Position numbers and translations under genes: made by a program. The notes under the pieces are model-generated. The model was not told the origin of the DNA and made no database searches. It was given only the letters and a program-made list of their open reading frames with translations. This document shows, piece by piece, positions 1 to 13,635 of a stretch of 64,000 bases of DNA; the stretch's first letter is position 1; every line of letters starts with the position of its first letter. The stretch is from Macrostomum hystrix (lineage: Eukaryota; Animalia; Platyhelminthes). Location: positions 5,332,001-5,396,000 of the forward strand of contig CATNEN010000003.1 in assembly GCA_950097015.1 (NCBI GenBank), given 5' to 3'.

Positions 1-1430
1 AATCTTCTGAAGATTATAGAATTTTCTGAAACTTATAGAATCTTCTGAAGATTATAGAATCTTCTGAAACTTATAGAATCGTCTGAAGATTATAGAATCT
101 TCTGAAACTTATAGAATCGTCTGAAGATTATAGAATCTTCTGAAACTTATAGAATCGTCTGAAGATTATAGAATCTTCTGAAACTTATAGAATCGTCTGA
201 AGATTATAGAATCTTCTGAAACTTATAGAATCGTCTGAAGATTATAGAATCTTCTGAAACTTATAGAATCGTCTGAAGATTTTAGAATTTTCTGAAACTT
301 ATAGAATCTTCTGAAGATTATAGAATTTTCTGAAACTTATAGAATCTTCTGAAGATTATAGAATTTTCTGAAACTTATAGAATCGTCTGAAGATTATAGA
401 ATCTTCTGAAACTTATAGAATCGTCTGAAGATTATAGAATCTTCTGAAACTTATAGAATCGTCTGAAGATTATAGAATCTTCTGAAACTTGAAGAATTCT
501 CTAAAAATTACAGAATCGTCTAAAAGTTATAGAACTGTCCAAAGTTTTGGAATCGTCTCAAATTTTACGAGAAGAATTGTCTGAAAATTATCGTCTAAAA
601 ATGAAAGAATCGTCCGAAAATTACAGAATCTTCTGAAAATTATAGAATCGTACCAAAAACTATAGAATCGTCCCAAAATTACAGAATCGTCTGAAACTTA
701 TAGAATCGTCCGAAAATTATAGAATCTTCTGTAATTTATAGAATCGTCTGAAATTTATAGAATCGTCTGAAAGTTATAGAATCGTCCGAAAATTACAGAA
801 TCGTCCGAAAATTACTGAATCGTCTGAAAATTATAGAACTGTCCAAAGTTATGGAATCTTCAAAAATTATAGAATCGTCTGAAACTTATAGAATCGTCCG
901 AAAATTATAGAATCTTCTGAAAATTTTTGAATCTTCTGAAAATTATAGAATCTTCTGAAAGTTATAGAATCGTCCGAAAATTATAGAATCTTCTGAAAAT
1001 TTTAGAATCTTCTGAAAGTTGTAGAATCTTCTGAAAGTTATAGAATCGTCCGAAAATTATAGAATCTTCTGAAAATTTTATAATCTTCTGAAAGTTGTAG
1101 AATCTTCTGAAACTTATAGAATCGTCCGAAAATTATAGAATCTTCTGAAAATTTTATAGTCTTCTGAAAGTTGTAGAATCTTCTGAAACTTATAGAATCG
1201 TCCGAAAATTATAGAATCTTCTGAAAATTTTATAATCTTCTGAAAGTTGTAGAATCTTCTGAAACTTATAGAATCGTCCGAAAATTACAGAATCGTCCGA
1301 AAATTATAGAACTGTCCAAAGTTATGGAATCGTCTCAAATTTTAGAATCGTCTGAAGATTATAGAATCGTCCGAAAATTATAGAATCGTATGAGAACAAC
1401 CGACTCGTTCGAAAATTGCAGAATCTTCTG
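1..1430. repeat. 19-bp minisatellite (AATC[GT]TCTGAA[GA][AC]TTATAG), partly dimeric 38-bp, degenerating rightwards; truncated by window start
   Basis: Direct tandem periodicity of 19 nt. Confidence 0.95.
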
Positions 1431-1979
1431 TAAATCAATAAGAAAATAGTAAAACCATTAAAAACGTAACATATCACAGTGAAATAGATTTGTTAAAACA
1501 CATTGGAATCTTCTAAAAATAGTAGAGCTGTTCGAAAAAAAATTATTTTTTGCGATAGATTAGCAAGTGATGCTCCAACTCCTACAGCCAGTGCTAGATA
1601 TTTTGGTAATTCTCATATTTCCATGGACTGCTTTTCCGCTAGCTGGGATATTTCGGATCGCTTAGTTTTTTAATTAGTTTTTCTAAAATATGTTTTCACT
1701 TAGATTTTCGTTTAAAACTCTTTCATTATTCATTGCAATTTTTTGAGTTAACTTTTTTGTTACTAGCTAATCATGCATTGTCAGCTTTGTTACATGTCTG
1801 TTTAACGTTATACTCTCGTACGTCTCAGTTCTCTTTCAGTGTATAGATTTCATTTTGGGCTGTTTATTTTTTTACTGCGCTTTTAATAAAAAAGTGGGCT
1901 TCATTGTGCCTAAATGAAAATATTTTTCTTTGTTTTTTTTGCTATTGTTTAACAAATAGCATGGCATGGAAGGATTGAT

Positions 1980-2900
1980 TAAAATGGCGGATGCTGCTTA
2001 AAATGGCTAATTCTGTTTAAAAAATGGCGGATGCTGTTTCCAAGACGGCGGAGTCTGTTTCTAAAATGGCGGATGCTGTTTCTAAGATGGCGGTTGCTGT
2101 TTACAAAATGGCGGATTCTGTTTCTAAGATGACGGTTGCTGTTTACAAAAATGGCGGATGCTGTTTTTGAAATGACGGATGCTGTTTTTGAAATGGCGGA
2201 TGCTGTTTCTAAAATGGCGGATGCTGTTTCTAAAATGGCGGATGCTGTTTCTAAAATGGCGGATGCTGTTTCTAAAATGACGGATTCTGTGTTTGAAATG
2301 GCGGATGCTGTTTCTAAAATGGCGGATGCTGTTTCTAAAATGGCGGATGCTGTTTCTAAGATGGCGGATGCTGTTTCTAAAATGGCGGATGCTGTTTCTA
2401 AAATGACGGATGCTGTTTCTAAAATGGCGGATGCTGTTTCTAAAATGACGGACGCTGTTTCTAAAATGGCGGATGCTGTTTCTAAAATAGCGGATGCTGT
2501 TTCTAAAATGACGGATGCTGTTTCTAAAATGGCGGATGCTGTTTCTAAAATGACTGATGCTGTTTCTAAAATGACTGATGCTGTTTCTAAAATGACGGAT
2601 TCTGTGTTTGAAATGGCGGATGCTGTTTCTAAAATGGCGGATGCTGTTTCTAAAATGGCGGATGCTGTTTCTAAAATGGCGCATGCTGTTTCTAAGATGG
2701 CGGATGCTGTTTCTAAAATGGCGGATGCTGTTTCTAAAATGGCGGATGCTGTTTCTAAAATGGCGGATGCTGTTTTTGAAATGACGGATGCTGTTTTTGA
2801 AATGGCGGATGCTGTTTCTAAAATGGCGGATGCTGTTTCTAAAATGGCGGTTGCTGTTTCTAAAATGGCGGATGCTGTTTCTAAAATGGCGAAATCTGTT
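1980..2900. repeat. 21-bp minisatellite AAAATGGCGGATGCTGTTTCT
   Basis: About 40 tandem units. It generates the spurious MADAVSK and RHFRNSI ORFs. Confidence 0.96.
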
Positions 2901-3526
2901 TAAAAATGAACGATGCTTTTTAAAGTTAGTTGCATTTTCGGGCTAAACAGCAAGGCTAGCCTGTTGTTAAGATATTTTCCTTCAATTCCATATAAAATTT
3001 GATACTTAAAGAATAGGATCATCTTCAATGAGGATTAGATTAATCCTGCCACGACTGTCCCGTCTGATATATTTCTCCGTCAGGTGTTGATGAGACGAAT
3101 CGGAAGTCATATTAAGTCGGTGCGCCTCCCATTTTGTGCTCACAGTTTGATTTTGAGCAGTTCCCATCAGCTCCGTATTTGAGCAGATCCTGTCATTTCA
3201 AATTACCTACTTCGTTTGGCTATCTTCTGCCTCTATCACCTGATTTCCTTTTCAAAGCTTAATTTAATCTTAGCATTTCCTCCAGGTTAAGTGAAGGCTT
3301 ATTTTCCAGGTGCCAATAGAAGTCTAATACGTGGGAATTAAATGAGGATTGCGTATTAGGGTTTTTTATTATCGTCATTTCTTATTCTAATGCAGATGCC
3401 ACAAAAAATGTTTTACCTTATTATGGAAAAAATAGGAAAATTTCAATGTTTACTTCTGCCTTCGTTCCTAACCAGTTCGAGGTGTACTTTAAATGACGAG
3501 TACAAATTTCAAAATTATGGCGAGCC

Positions 3527-4424
3527 TTTATAGCCCAGGTGTTAATCAAGGCCTATGATTTATAGCCCAGGTGTTAATCAAGGCCTATGATTTATAGCCC
3601 AGGTGTTAATCAAGGCCTATGATTTATAGCCCAGGTGTTAATCAAAGCCTATAATTTATAGCCCAGGTGTTAGTCAACGCCTATAATTTATAGCCCAGGT
3701 GTTAATCAAGGCCTATGATTTATAGCCCAGGTATTAATCAAGGCCTATGATTTATAGCCCAGGTGTTAATCAAGGCCTATGATTTATAGCCCAGGTGTTA
3801 ATCAAGGCCTATGATTTATAGCCCAGGTGTTAATCAAAGCCTATAATTTATAGCCCAGGTGTTAGTCAACGCCTATAATTTATAGCCCAGGTGTTAGTCA
3901 ACGCCTATAATTTATAGCCCAGGTGTTAATCAACGCCTATAATTTATAGCCCAGGTGTTAATCGAAGCCTATAATTTATAGCCCAGGTGTTAGTCAATGC
4001 CTATGATTTATAGCCCAGGTGTTAATCAAAGCCTATAATTTATAGCCCAGGTGTTAGTCAACGCCTATAATTTATAGCCCAGGTGTTAGTCAACGCCTAT
4101 AATTTATAGCCCAGGTGTTAATCAACGCCTATAATTTATAGCCCAGGTGTTAATCAAAGCCTATAATTTATAGCCCAGGTGTTAGTCAAGGCCTATGATT
4201 TATAGCCCAGGTGTTAATCAAAGCCTATAATTTATAGCCCAGGTGTTAGTCAAAGCCTATGATTTATAGCCCAGGTGTTAGTCAAAGCCTATAATTTATA
4301 GCCCAGGTGTTAATCAAAGCCTATAATTTATAGCCCAGGTGTTAATCAAAGCCTATAATTTATAGCCCAGGTGTTAATCAAAGCCTATAATTTATAGCCC
4401 AGGTGTTAATCAAAGCCTATAATT
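3527..4424. repeat. 32-bp minisatellite TTTATAGCCCAGGTGTTAATCAAGGCCTATGA
   Basis: Tandem 32-nt period (e.g. TAGCCC at 3531 and 3563). Confidence 0.96.
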
Positions 4425-5091
4425 TGATTCATGTTGCATGAGTGGCGCCATTATTTAAACAGCTAAAATATAGTGCAAAATGCTTTGAGCTGCTTGCTTG
4501 CTTGCCTGACAACTGAGCAAACTGTCTGCCTGCCTAGTTTTATACAATGTCTCAACAACAAGTTTAAAATCACGGGACAATATTATTCATAGTATCCGAC
4601 TGTTGTATCAGTAAACAACTTTCTATCTAGTATTTAAAAAGATGCTTTGAAGTACACCAGAAACTCGAATTTTGTCGAACTCTAAATATTTAAAAAGCGT
4701 GTGACTTGTCTCCTTCACATGACATTGTGGGCTATATTCTATTTATAAAGCTTTTTGTAGCTTTCTTGCCTTCAAAATTTGCTTCAAAAAGTCTAAATAA
4801 TGAACGATTTATTAATAGCTTTACTTAGCCGGCTCAATTTGGCCTTTTTAAGTGAAACTAATTTCTATAGATTTGTTATTATCAAAGCCTACCGCCTGGT
4901 TTGTTTTAAATGCTATGAAGCTTTAGTTTTTCACAATGCCGCCCTCTGCTTTTTTGCGTCGCAAATCCATGTGTCTGCAAATATAATGAGTCATAGTTAT
5001 TATAGTCTAGAATTTTATAAATTAATGACCTTTAAAGTTCCGAATTTAAAGTAGACTTGTCATAAAAACCGTCCCTCAAAAAAAAGACAAT

Positions 5092-5838
5092 CCTGGAATC
5101 GTCGCTTGACTATCATGGAATCGTCGCTAGACTTTCAGTGGATCGTCCCTAGACTCTCATATAATCGTCCCTAGACTATCACGGAATCGTCCCTAGACTC
5201 TTATAGAATCGTCTCTAGATTATAACGGAATCGTCCCTAGACTATAACGGAATCGTCCCTAGAATATCATGGAATCGTCCATAGACTATCACGGAATCGT
5301 CCCTAGACTCTCATAGAATCGTCCCTAGACTCTCATAGAATCGTCCCTAGACTATCACGGAATCGTCCCTAGACTCTTATAGAATCGTCCCTAGATTATA
5401 ACGGAATCGTCCCTAGACTATAACGGAATCGTCCATAGACTATCACGGAATCGTCCCTAGACTCTCATAGAATCGTCCCTAGACTATCACGGAATCGTCC
5501 CTAGACTATCACGAAATCTTCCCTAGACTCTCATAGAATCGTCCCTAGACTCTCATAGAATCGTCCCTAGACTATCACGAATTCGTCCCTAGACTCTTAT
5601 AGAATCGTCCCTAGATTATAACGGAATCGTCCCTAGACTATAACGGAATCGTCCATAGACTATCACGGAATCGTCCATAGACTCTCATAGAATCGTCCCT
5701 AGACTATCACGGAATCGTCCCTAGACTCTCATAGAATCGTCCCTAGACTATCTTGGAATCGTCCGAAGACCATGATGGAATCGTCCCTAGACTATCTTGG
5801 AATCGTCCGAAGACCATCATGGAATCGTCCCTAGACTA
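5092..5838. repeat. 22-bp minisatellite GAATCGTCCCTAGACTATCACG
   Basis: Tandem 22-nt period. Confidence 0.95.
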
Positions 5839-6299
5839 AGAAAATGCCCGAACTTACATCATTCAGGTATTTGCCAATTTAGTTCTAAAATAGATTTTTC
5901 AGTTTTTTTTTAGTTTAAATTTTTCTCGAAGTGGATTGCTAAATTATGCTTAGAGTTAAATATTATTTATTGAGCAAGTTTTACAATGAGCCTTACTTAA
6001 CACATTTTTGCTGTTAACTAACACTTTTTTACTGTACCCTTAATGATTTTTCTATACAAATCCAAGATAGATAATCAAATTTTACTCCACGTTTTGCTTT
6101 TTTCGAAACAACAAGACTGTTAAAAGAATACATAAAGAGTGACAGCAGAAAGACATTTTTAATGTTTTGAGTTTGCCTTTTTTTACCGATAACTAAACCA
6201 ATTAAAATTCGCCTGAAGTTTATGGGCGTTCGCTTTTTCCTTTGTTTGTTTTTTCTTCCATATTTATCAACCTGTTTTGTGCTTGCAAAGTCAAAAATT

Positions 6300-7700
6300 G
6301 CCCCCTACTACCCTCCACTACCATCCGCCCCCTACTATCCTCCACTACCATCCGCCCCCTGCTATCCTCCACTACCATCCGCCCCCTACTATCCTCCACT
6401 ACCATCCGCCCCCTGCTATCCTCCACTACCATCCGCCCCCTACTATCCTCCACTACCATCCGCCCGCTGCTATCCTCCACTACCATCCGCCCCCTGCTAT
6501 CCTCCACTACCATCCGCCCCCTGCTATCCTCCACTACCATCCGCCCCCTGCTATCCTCCACTACCATCCGCCCCCTGCTATCCTCCACTACCATCCGTCC
6601 CCTGCTATCCTCCACTACCATCCGCCCCCTGCTATCCTCCACTACCATCCGCCCCCTACTATCCTCCACTACCATCCGCCCCCTGCTATCCTCCACTACC
6701 ATCCGCCCCCTACTATCCTCCACTACCATCCGCCCCCTACTATCCTCCACTACCATCCACCCCCTACTATCCTCCACTACCATCCGTCCCCTGCTATCCT
6801 CCACTACCATTCGCCCCCTGCTATCCTCCACTACCATCCGCCCCCTGCTATCCTCCACTACCATCCGCCCCCTGCTATCCTCCACTACCATCCGCCCCCT
6901 GCTATCCTCCACTACCATCCGCCCCCTGCTATCCTCCACTACCATCCGCCCCCTGCTATCCTCTACTACCATCCGCCCCTTGCTATCCTCCACTACCATC
7001 CGCCCCCTGCTATCCTCCACTACCATCCGCCCCCTGCTATCCTCCACTACCATCCGCCCCCTACTTTCCTCCACTACCATCCGCCCCCTGCTATCCTCCA
7101 CTACCATCCGTCCCCTGCTATCCTCCACTACCATCCGCCCCCTGCTATCCTCCACTACCATCCGCCCCCTACTATCCTCCACTACCATCCGCCCCCTGCT
7201 ATCCTCCACTACCATCCGCCCCCTACTATCCTCCACTACCATCCGCCCCCTACTATCCTCCACTACCATCCACCCCCTACTATCCTCCACTACCATCCGT
7301 CCCCTGCTATCCTCCACTACCATTCGCCCCCTGCTATCCTCCACTACCATCCGCCCCCTGCTATCCTCCACTACCATCCGCCCCCTGCTATCCTCCACTA
7401 CCATCCGCCCCCTGCTATCCTCCACTACCATCCGCCCCCTGCTATCCTCCACTACCATCCGCCCCCTGCTATCCTCTACTACCATCCGCCCCTTGCTATC
7501 CTCCACTACCATCCGCCCCCTGCTATCCTCCACTACCATCCACCCCCTACTATCCTCCACTACCATCCGCCCCCTGCTATCCTCTACTACCATCCGCCCC
7601 TTGCTATCCTCCACTACCATCCACCCCCTACTATCCTCCACTACCATCCGCCCCCTGCTATCCTCCACTACCATCCGCCCCCTACTATCCTCCACTACAA
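6300..7700. repeat. 27-bp C-rich minisatellite CCATCCGCCCCCTGCTATCCTCCACTA
   Basis: About 52 units with an internal 513-bp (19-unit) block duplication. Source of four spurious ORFs. Confidence 0.96.
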
Positions 7701-8225
7701 TCCATCTCAGAGTGCTATTGAGTCTGTCACTCTACTATGAATTCCATCTCAGAGTGCTATTGTGTCTGTCACTCTACTATGGATTCCATCTCAGAGTGCT
7801 ATTGTGTCTGTCACTCTACTATGGATTCCATCTCAGAGTGCTATTGAGTCTGTCACTCTACTATGGATTCCATCTCAGAGTGCTATTGAGTCTGTCACTC
7901 TACTATGGATTCCATCTCAGAGTGCTATTGTGTCTGTCACTCTACTATGGATTCCATCTCAGAGTGCTATTGAGTCTGTCACTCTACTATGGATTCCATC
8001 TCAGAGTGTTATTGAGTCTGTCACTCTACTATGGATTCCATGTCATAGTGCTATTGAGTCTGTCACTCTACGGATTCAATTAGAGTGACTCTGGTGTCTG
8101 TCACTCTAAGGATTCCATCTTATAGTAATTCTAGTGTCCTTCACTCTATGGATTTTAGCTCATAGTATTTGTAGAGTCTGTCACCCCATGGATTCAATCT
8201 CAGAGTGACTTTAGTGTCTGTCACT
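7701..8225. repeat. 42-bp minisatellite (CATCTCAGAGTGCTATTGAGTCTGTCACTCTACTATGGATTC), decaying rightwards
   Basis: Tandem 42-nt period directly abutting the 27-mer array. Confidence 0.93.
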
Positions 8226-8644
8226 TCATTCTATTTTTCTACTCGTTTGATTGCATTCCACGGTCCGGGTAGCAATAAAATTAGAGCACGAGTCATGTAA
8301 TAATATACGAGTATGTTCAGCTGTTATTTTCTGTCATTGCAGGCTGTGGGGTGCATGCGAGCCTTGAATGCTTAAAGTGCAGGGCGGAATGTAGCTCTCA
8401 GGGCTCTCAGGAGGGTCTGAATGAATGGGAGGTCGGGTTAGAAATCAAATGACTGACTAGGAAGGTCGACTGGCTTAGAGAATGGCTTGGAGTCTGGGTG
8501 GGTGACGTCGGGGTGGAGGGGTAGAAAGATCGTACTGCACAGCGAAATGACCTCCCGCAGTACGGCTGACCCATTTGTTTTTAGCCATTTTATGCTCATT
8601 TAAATTTCACAGTAATTGGAATCCCTACTCGTGTCAATCCATTA

Positions 8645-9190
8645 TCTCCCGTCTCCCTAATCTACCCTCTTCTTGATTTCCCCTCTCCTCCACATCACAT
8701 CGCCCCACTCCCTAACCTCCCCTTCCTCTCCCCTAGTGTCCCTTCTCCCTAGTTTCCTCTCTCCATGATTTCCCCTCTCCCTAATCTTCCCTCTCCCGAA
8801 TCTCCCCTCTCCCTAATCTCCCCTCTCCCTATTCTCCCCTCTCCCTAGTCTACCCTCTCCCTAATCTACCCTCTCCCTAGTCTACCCTCTCCCTAATCTA
8901 CCCTCTCCCTAGTCTACCCTCTCCCTAGTCTACCCTCTCCCTAGTCTACCCTCTTACTAATTTCCTCTCTTTTGAGTTAGGAAATTAGGGATAGAGGAAG
9001 TCATGGAGATTTCCCCTCTCTTCTAATCTCCCCTCTCCTTAGTCTTCTTTCTCCCTTCTCCCTTATCTCCCATCTCCCTAGACTTCTCTCTCTACTCGCC
9101 CCTCCCTAAATCTCCCCACTGCCTTAATTTCCCCTCTCCCTAATCTTTCCTTTCCCTGATCTCCCTTCTCTCGATTTCCACTCCCCATTA
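8645..9190. repeat. pyrimidine-rich ~16-bp degenerate repeat (CTCTCCCTA[AG]TCTACC)
   Basis: Homogeneous core at 8840-8950 with degenerate flanks. Confidence 0.85.
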
Positions 9191-10719
9191 TGCTGCCTGG
9201 CTCCGCTTCCCAACGCTACTGTTATTCCCAATGTCATTCTTTCCATTGTTTATCGAACTGAGATGCAGCGGTTCATGTAACTTTTTCTTGTACTGCATGC
9301 TCAAAAAGTTGCATTTTGAGCACAAAATGGCTAGTTTGTGAGCTTCTTAGAGCAACTCACCCCATTCGAAAGGTTTCTTTAAGTAAAGGGCAAAGCATGT
9401 TACTTACCAAGCTTTTGGATTCCTGTTTGACTCCTATGTGCTCGCAAGCTTTTAATTATAGGTTTTATCAGACACCCGCTCAGTTAATCAGTTTTTTGTA
9501 CAACTAAATAAATTAAGCCTTAAATTCACAGCACACATTTCATCATACTCTACTACAAGTAGTACCTATAGATTAGGTTTTTTGTATTTTTACAGATTTA
9601 TAAGCAAAAAAGCCGTGAAGTAATTTGCAATTGTAAAACACTACGGAGTGCAAAAGTACACACATATATGCGTGCATGTATAGATACCAGCCACCAGCGA
9701 TCTATGTTAGAAATAAAATAATTATATTTATAGGACCAGCTAGACTGAATATATTTTGTCTGTAAACTTAGAGAAAACATTGGCAAATAAGATAAAAGAA
9801 ATCTTACAACATAAGAAAGCGAATGTTTGTTTTGAAAGCATTTTCAAGCGTTATAACTACTGTTGTAACTAGTTAAAGTGTATACATGCATGTAAATGAA
9901 AAAAATATGTAAGACAGTGCCAGTCTAATATGTCTGACAGAAATCAAGTATAACCACTGAAAGGGTCTCCGTTCATCTGCAGTTACTGATATTTGCAAGC
10001 AAGGTATCATATCAGAAAAGTTCGGGTAAAGGTACACTTAAAGCGATAATGCGACATGTCAAACCACTACATTTTACAATTAAAAGTAGCCAAATTTCCC
10101 GTTTTCGTTTTTCTAAATTGTCTTTAAGAAATTTTAATTTCTTTCTTTAATTTGGTTACTAATGAGTACTAATTTTAATTTTAATTTATTTGTACTAAAA
10201 TCAATCGAATTAACAAATTAATGTTAACTAATATTGAATAATGCATTATAAAACGCATAAAAAACATGGGAATTAAAAAGCCACCGAAAAAAGAACATTT
10301 TGTTAGGTCTTAAAATAAATTTTTTTTCTTAACAACTATCAGAACAATTTATGTCTAACTCAAATTAAAAAATCTTACCAGGATCTGTTTTTTATCCAGA
10401 TTAGAAAAAAATATGATATGTTAGATAGCATCTAAATTAAAAATTGACCAAAATATACATCTTTGGAAAACCCAACCAAAGATCACGTACGTGATCCCGC
10501 TATATTATTAAATTAAAAAACAGATTTGTGGAATTCCTATTAAAGCTTTGCAGACAGTGGAAATAAATTAGGAATCAAAATGTTAATAAAAATATTTGTA
10601 TTCTACCTTACTTTATCATATGTATGTGAAAAAATCTGGAAAAAAATAGGAATGTTTAAAAAGTTAGGAAATTCGTTTTTACTTTCGGTTTGCGCAAGCC
10701 AATATTTTGCCAGCAAAAT

Positions 10720-11707
10720 TTAAAACAACTCATCTCCCTTGTGATCTTGTGGCGTTAAATCGAAATCCAATCTATCATAGGCGCTCAGTGTGAATTGCGG
10801 CGACGTGCCAAAATCTTCAAATTCGTTGCGCTTCTGTTCTCGCATGCTGTCTAGCTGGCTCAAATAGTCATCGTCCGCATTGTCTGTGGACATTAATGTA
10901 AACTGAGTGATAATTCAATAATCTGATGAAGCTAACTTAATGACCTAACCAAATGACCAGGTGTCAACCGAAACCCAATGTGAGGAAGCCATTGTACCAA
11001 ATACTAGATTTTAGTTATTGGAGGGTACCATTTACTAAATGACCAGGTGCGTAACGAACCTTTATGATTACCTCTAAGATAGGTATGTAGGTAGCCTAAT
11101 GACCAGATGGTTGTTATCCAAATGACGTAATGATCAAGTAGGTAGCTAACCAAATGACATAATCATCAGGTAGGCAGCTAACCAAATGACCTAATTATCA
11201 GGTAGGTAGCTATTCAAATGACCTAATGATCAGGTAGGTAGCTAACCAAACGACCTAATGATCAGGTAGGCAGCTAACCAAATGACCTAATTATCAGGTA
11301 GGTAGCTATTCAAATGACCTAATGATCAGGTAGGCAGCTAACCAAACGACCTAATGATCAGGTAGATATAGCTAAGACAAGTCAAACAACAGCCAGAATT
11401 TCAAACCTCTTTTGTTACTGCAAAAGTCGTACACCGGATAGACATGCGAGCGTCCGATGGCAGCCAACGACGATCGCCGGCTCGACGCCTGGGTGAAATT
11501 TTCGCACATGCTGCCGTCCTGACAGCCCGAAGCTGCGGCGGCGGCGGCTTCAGCGGCGGCCGCGGCAGCGGCCTGGTCTTGTCGCCTCAGTGCGGCCATT
11601 CGCATCGACTTGGTGAAACTGCAGCGTCGCAGAGTGTGTCGCGGCTTCTTCTTCTTACTTTGCCGAGAATTTTCAAAGAAATTTGGCTTGTTCAGAACGC
11701 AGCCCAT
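10720..11707 (-). CDS. hypothetical 154-aa protein with N-terminal MGC (myristoylation/palmitoylation-type) motif, basic stretch, poly-Ala and acidic C-terminus
   Basis: Exons 11707-11407 and 10883-10720. Phase-1 junction AGAG|gtttga ... ccacag|AC gives SNKR-D-NADDDYLSQLDSMREQKRNEFEDFG...DELF*. The GC-rich exons stand out from AT-rich flanks. No recognisable domain. Confidence 0.65.
10930..11372. repeat. 32-bp intronic minisatellite AAATGACCTAATGATCAGGTAGGTAGCTAACC
   Basis: 32-nt period (11184, 11216), degenerate leftwards. Lies in the intron of the MGC gene. Confidence 0.9.
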
Positions 11708-13554
11708 GATTTACTGCATCAGATTAGACGCGATAGAAAATACGCACCCAAACTGCTTTTGATCTACGCCCCGTACTGTTCTCAACCTAATCGACGTTTT
11801 ATATTTTGAGTCGATCGCGTGTCAAATCCTGCTGTTGAATTCTGGGTGAGGTCTGCTCAGCGGTTTGCTCAGTCAATCAATTGAGCCGGGAGAAAATCAA
11901 TTTTCTTCCTTCCTGTGTTTTCAATTCCTCTTTGCTTTCCAGTGTAAAAGCTGAAAAATGTGGGGAAGAGAAGTGTACAGTAAGAGTTTCTTTCGCGGAT
12001 CGATATAGTGTACAATAGATTTTTTAGTTGCTTCGTCAGCTATAGGTGGGATTTTTTGTAGCTAGGGATTTCGCAGTCAACACACATTCAGTACATGTGT
12101 CAATAAAATGTGTGGCCTCCATGCACTCCCAAGGAGACAATTATATAGTGAACAATTTATAATCCCGGATTATTGTTGAATACCTCTTATCAGACAGGAT
12201 GCGACGTGAATTAAAAATTATTGATTTTATTGGCGTAAAATAGTTCAGCTGTTTATAAGAAGTAAATCAGAATTAATGAGAATGCTGATTTGATACAATT
12301 TCCATGAACCGAATTTTAATTCTTGTGCACTACTTTGGTTGTAAATACTATTTGGTCAGTAGTATCAACTATCGAAAAAACATTTTGTGAAGTCATAAAA
12401 GCATGAGGAAGAGAAATGCTTACCCTGAGGATCAAATTGACTTTAGCTCATTTTTGGAGAGCTAAACTTCAATCTTTTAAAACTCCAGTTAAACGGCATA
12501 GATTCTCATCACCAAACTCCGTAGTTTTGTGAACACTTTGTGACCACCGTGCAAGTTGTCATTAACTCTTTGTGCCTCATAGGTACCTCATTGTTCTCTG
12601 CCATCAAAATGTCACCGAGAGTGGAGCGTCCGAGTCCTGATCCCCGACTCGCAGGCGGTATACTTCAGCTCAGCGTCAAGAACCTAGAATACGCTTGTAT
12701 TTTGAACTCATGTAGCGCTGCTGTACTTCCTGCTGCTGAAGTCCTCCGTCTTGATCCTCAGTCCGCATCGAGCTGTGAGCGCGCGGGTAGCCGTTCTTCG
12801 CTCCGGTGACAGTCAACTCGGACAGACGCTCCAGGCCGGCCGGATTCGAGCAGACTCACAAACAGAGTATTAACTCACAAAAGGCGGGAAGAAAGGACCC
12901 GATGAAGGATTGGAAAGCTCCCTACTCACCCATCAAACCTCTTTGAAGTAGTTGGACTTGGGATTTCCGAACCCCTTCTCGTTCTGAGCGAACGAGAGGC
13001 TGCCGTCTTTGGAGCACCACCCAGCGATGGAAGTCGCAGCTGAGCTTTGGGTCATTGGCGCTGCCGCTGCCTCTGGTACCGAACCTGACCGGAGTGCCAC
13101 CTATGCCGACCGCCTCGAACTTCAGAGCTCGTCTGATCTCACGAGCTCCTCTCGGAGGTAACTACACCTGAGAAATGAGCTGCACATGAACTCCAGGTCA
13201 GCCGCTTCAACTGAGCTCTTCTGCAGCTGCACCAGAAGCTGTGAGAATCCGTACTCACCGCTCGCCTTCACTTTTGGACGGGCGCTCGCAAGGTGTTGGC
13301 ATCGATGCAGGACCAGCAGGTCACTTCAGCACCAGCACGTCTACTTCATGTAGACGCGGCTGTACCTTCGGTGCACTGCAGGACGAGTCGAATGCGACTC
13401 TGCAAGGGCTCCTCCACCTGAGATTCTTCCACCTTAAACACCCTCAGCTTCCCTTGATGGAGTCCGTGCCGAAACTTTGGAGCTGTCAACTTCCACGTAC
13501 AGCACGTCTCCCTGTGAGAGAGAGACGCAGCAGGAGAGATCTACAAAATGCAAA

Positions 13555-13635
13555 GAAGAGCGACGGCAGCGATTACGCAACGTTTATATATAACACCTGC
13601 CTCGCCTCCACAATTTCAACGTCGGGCCAATCAGA
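13555..13635 (-). promoter_or_regulatory. candidate Pol II core promoter: TATATATAAA (13592-13583) with CCAAT box (13627-13631)
   Basis: TATA about 25-30 nt before a pyrimidine-rich Inr-like stretch (CTCTTCTTTGCATT on -), with GGCCAATCAG about 35 nt further upstream. Lies in a GC-rich island between divergent genes. Confidence 0.45.

Noticed and set aside
6222-7721. Signal-peptide-like start plus YPPLPSAPC repeats resembling an extensin or adhesive protein
   Set aside because: Four frames are open and unit variants show no evident codon-position bias. The hydrophobic start comes from T-rich flank. It cannot be fully excluded without transcripts.
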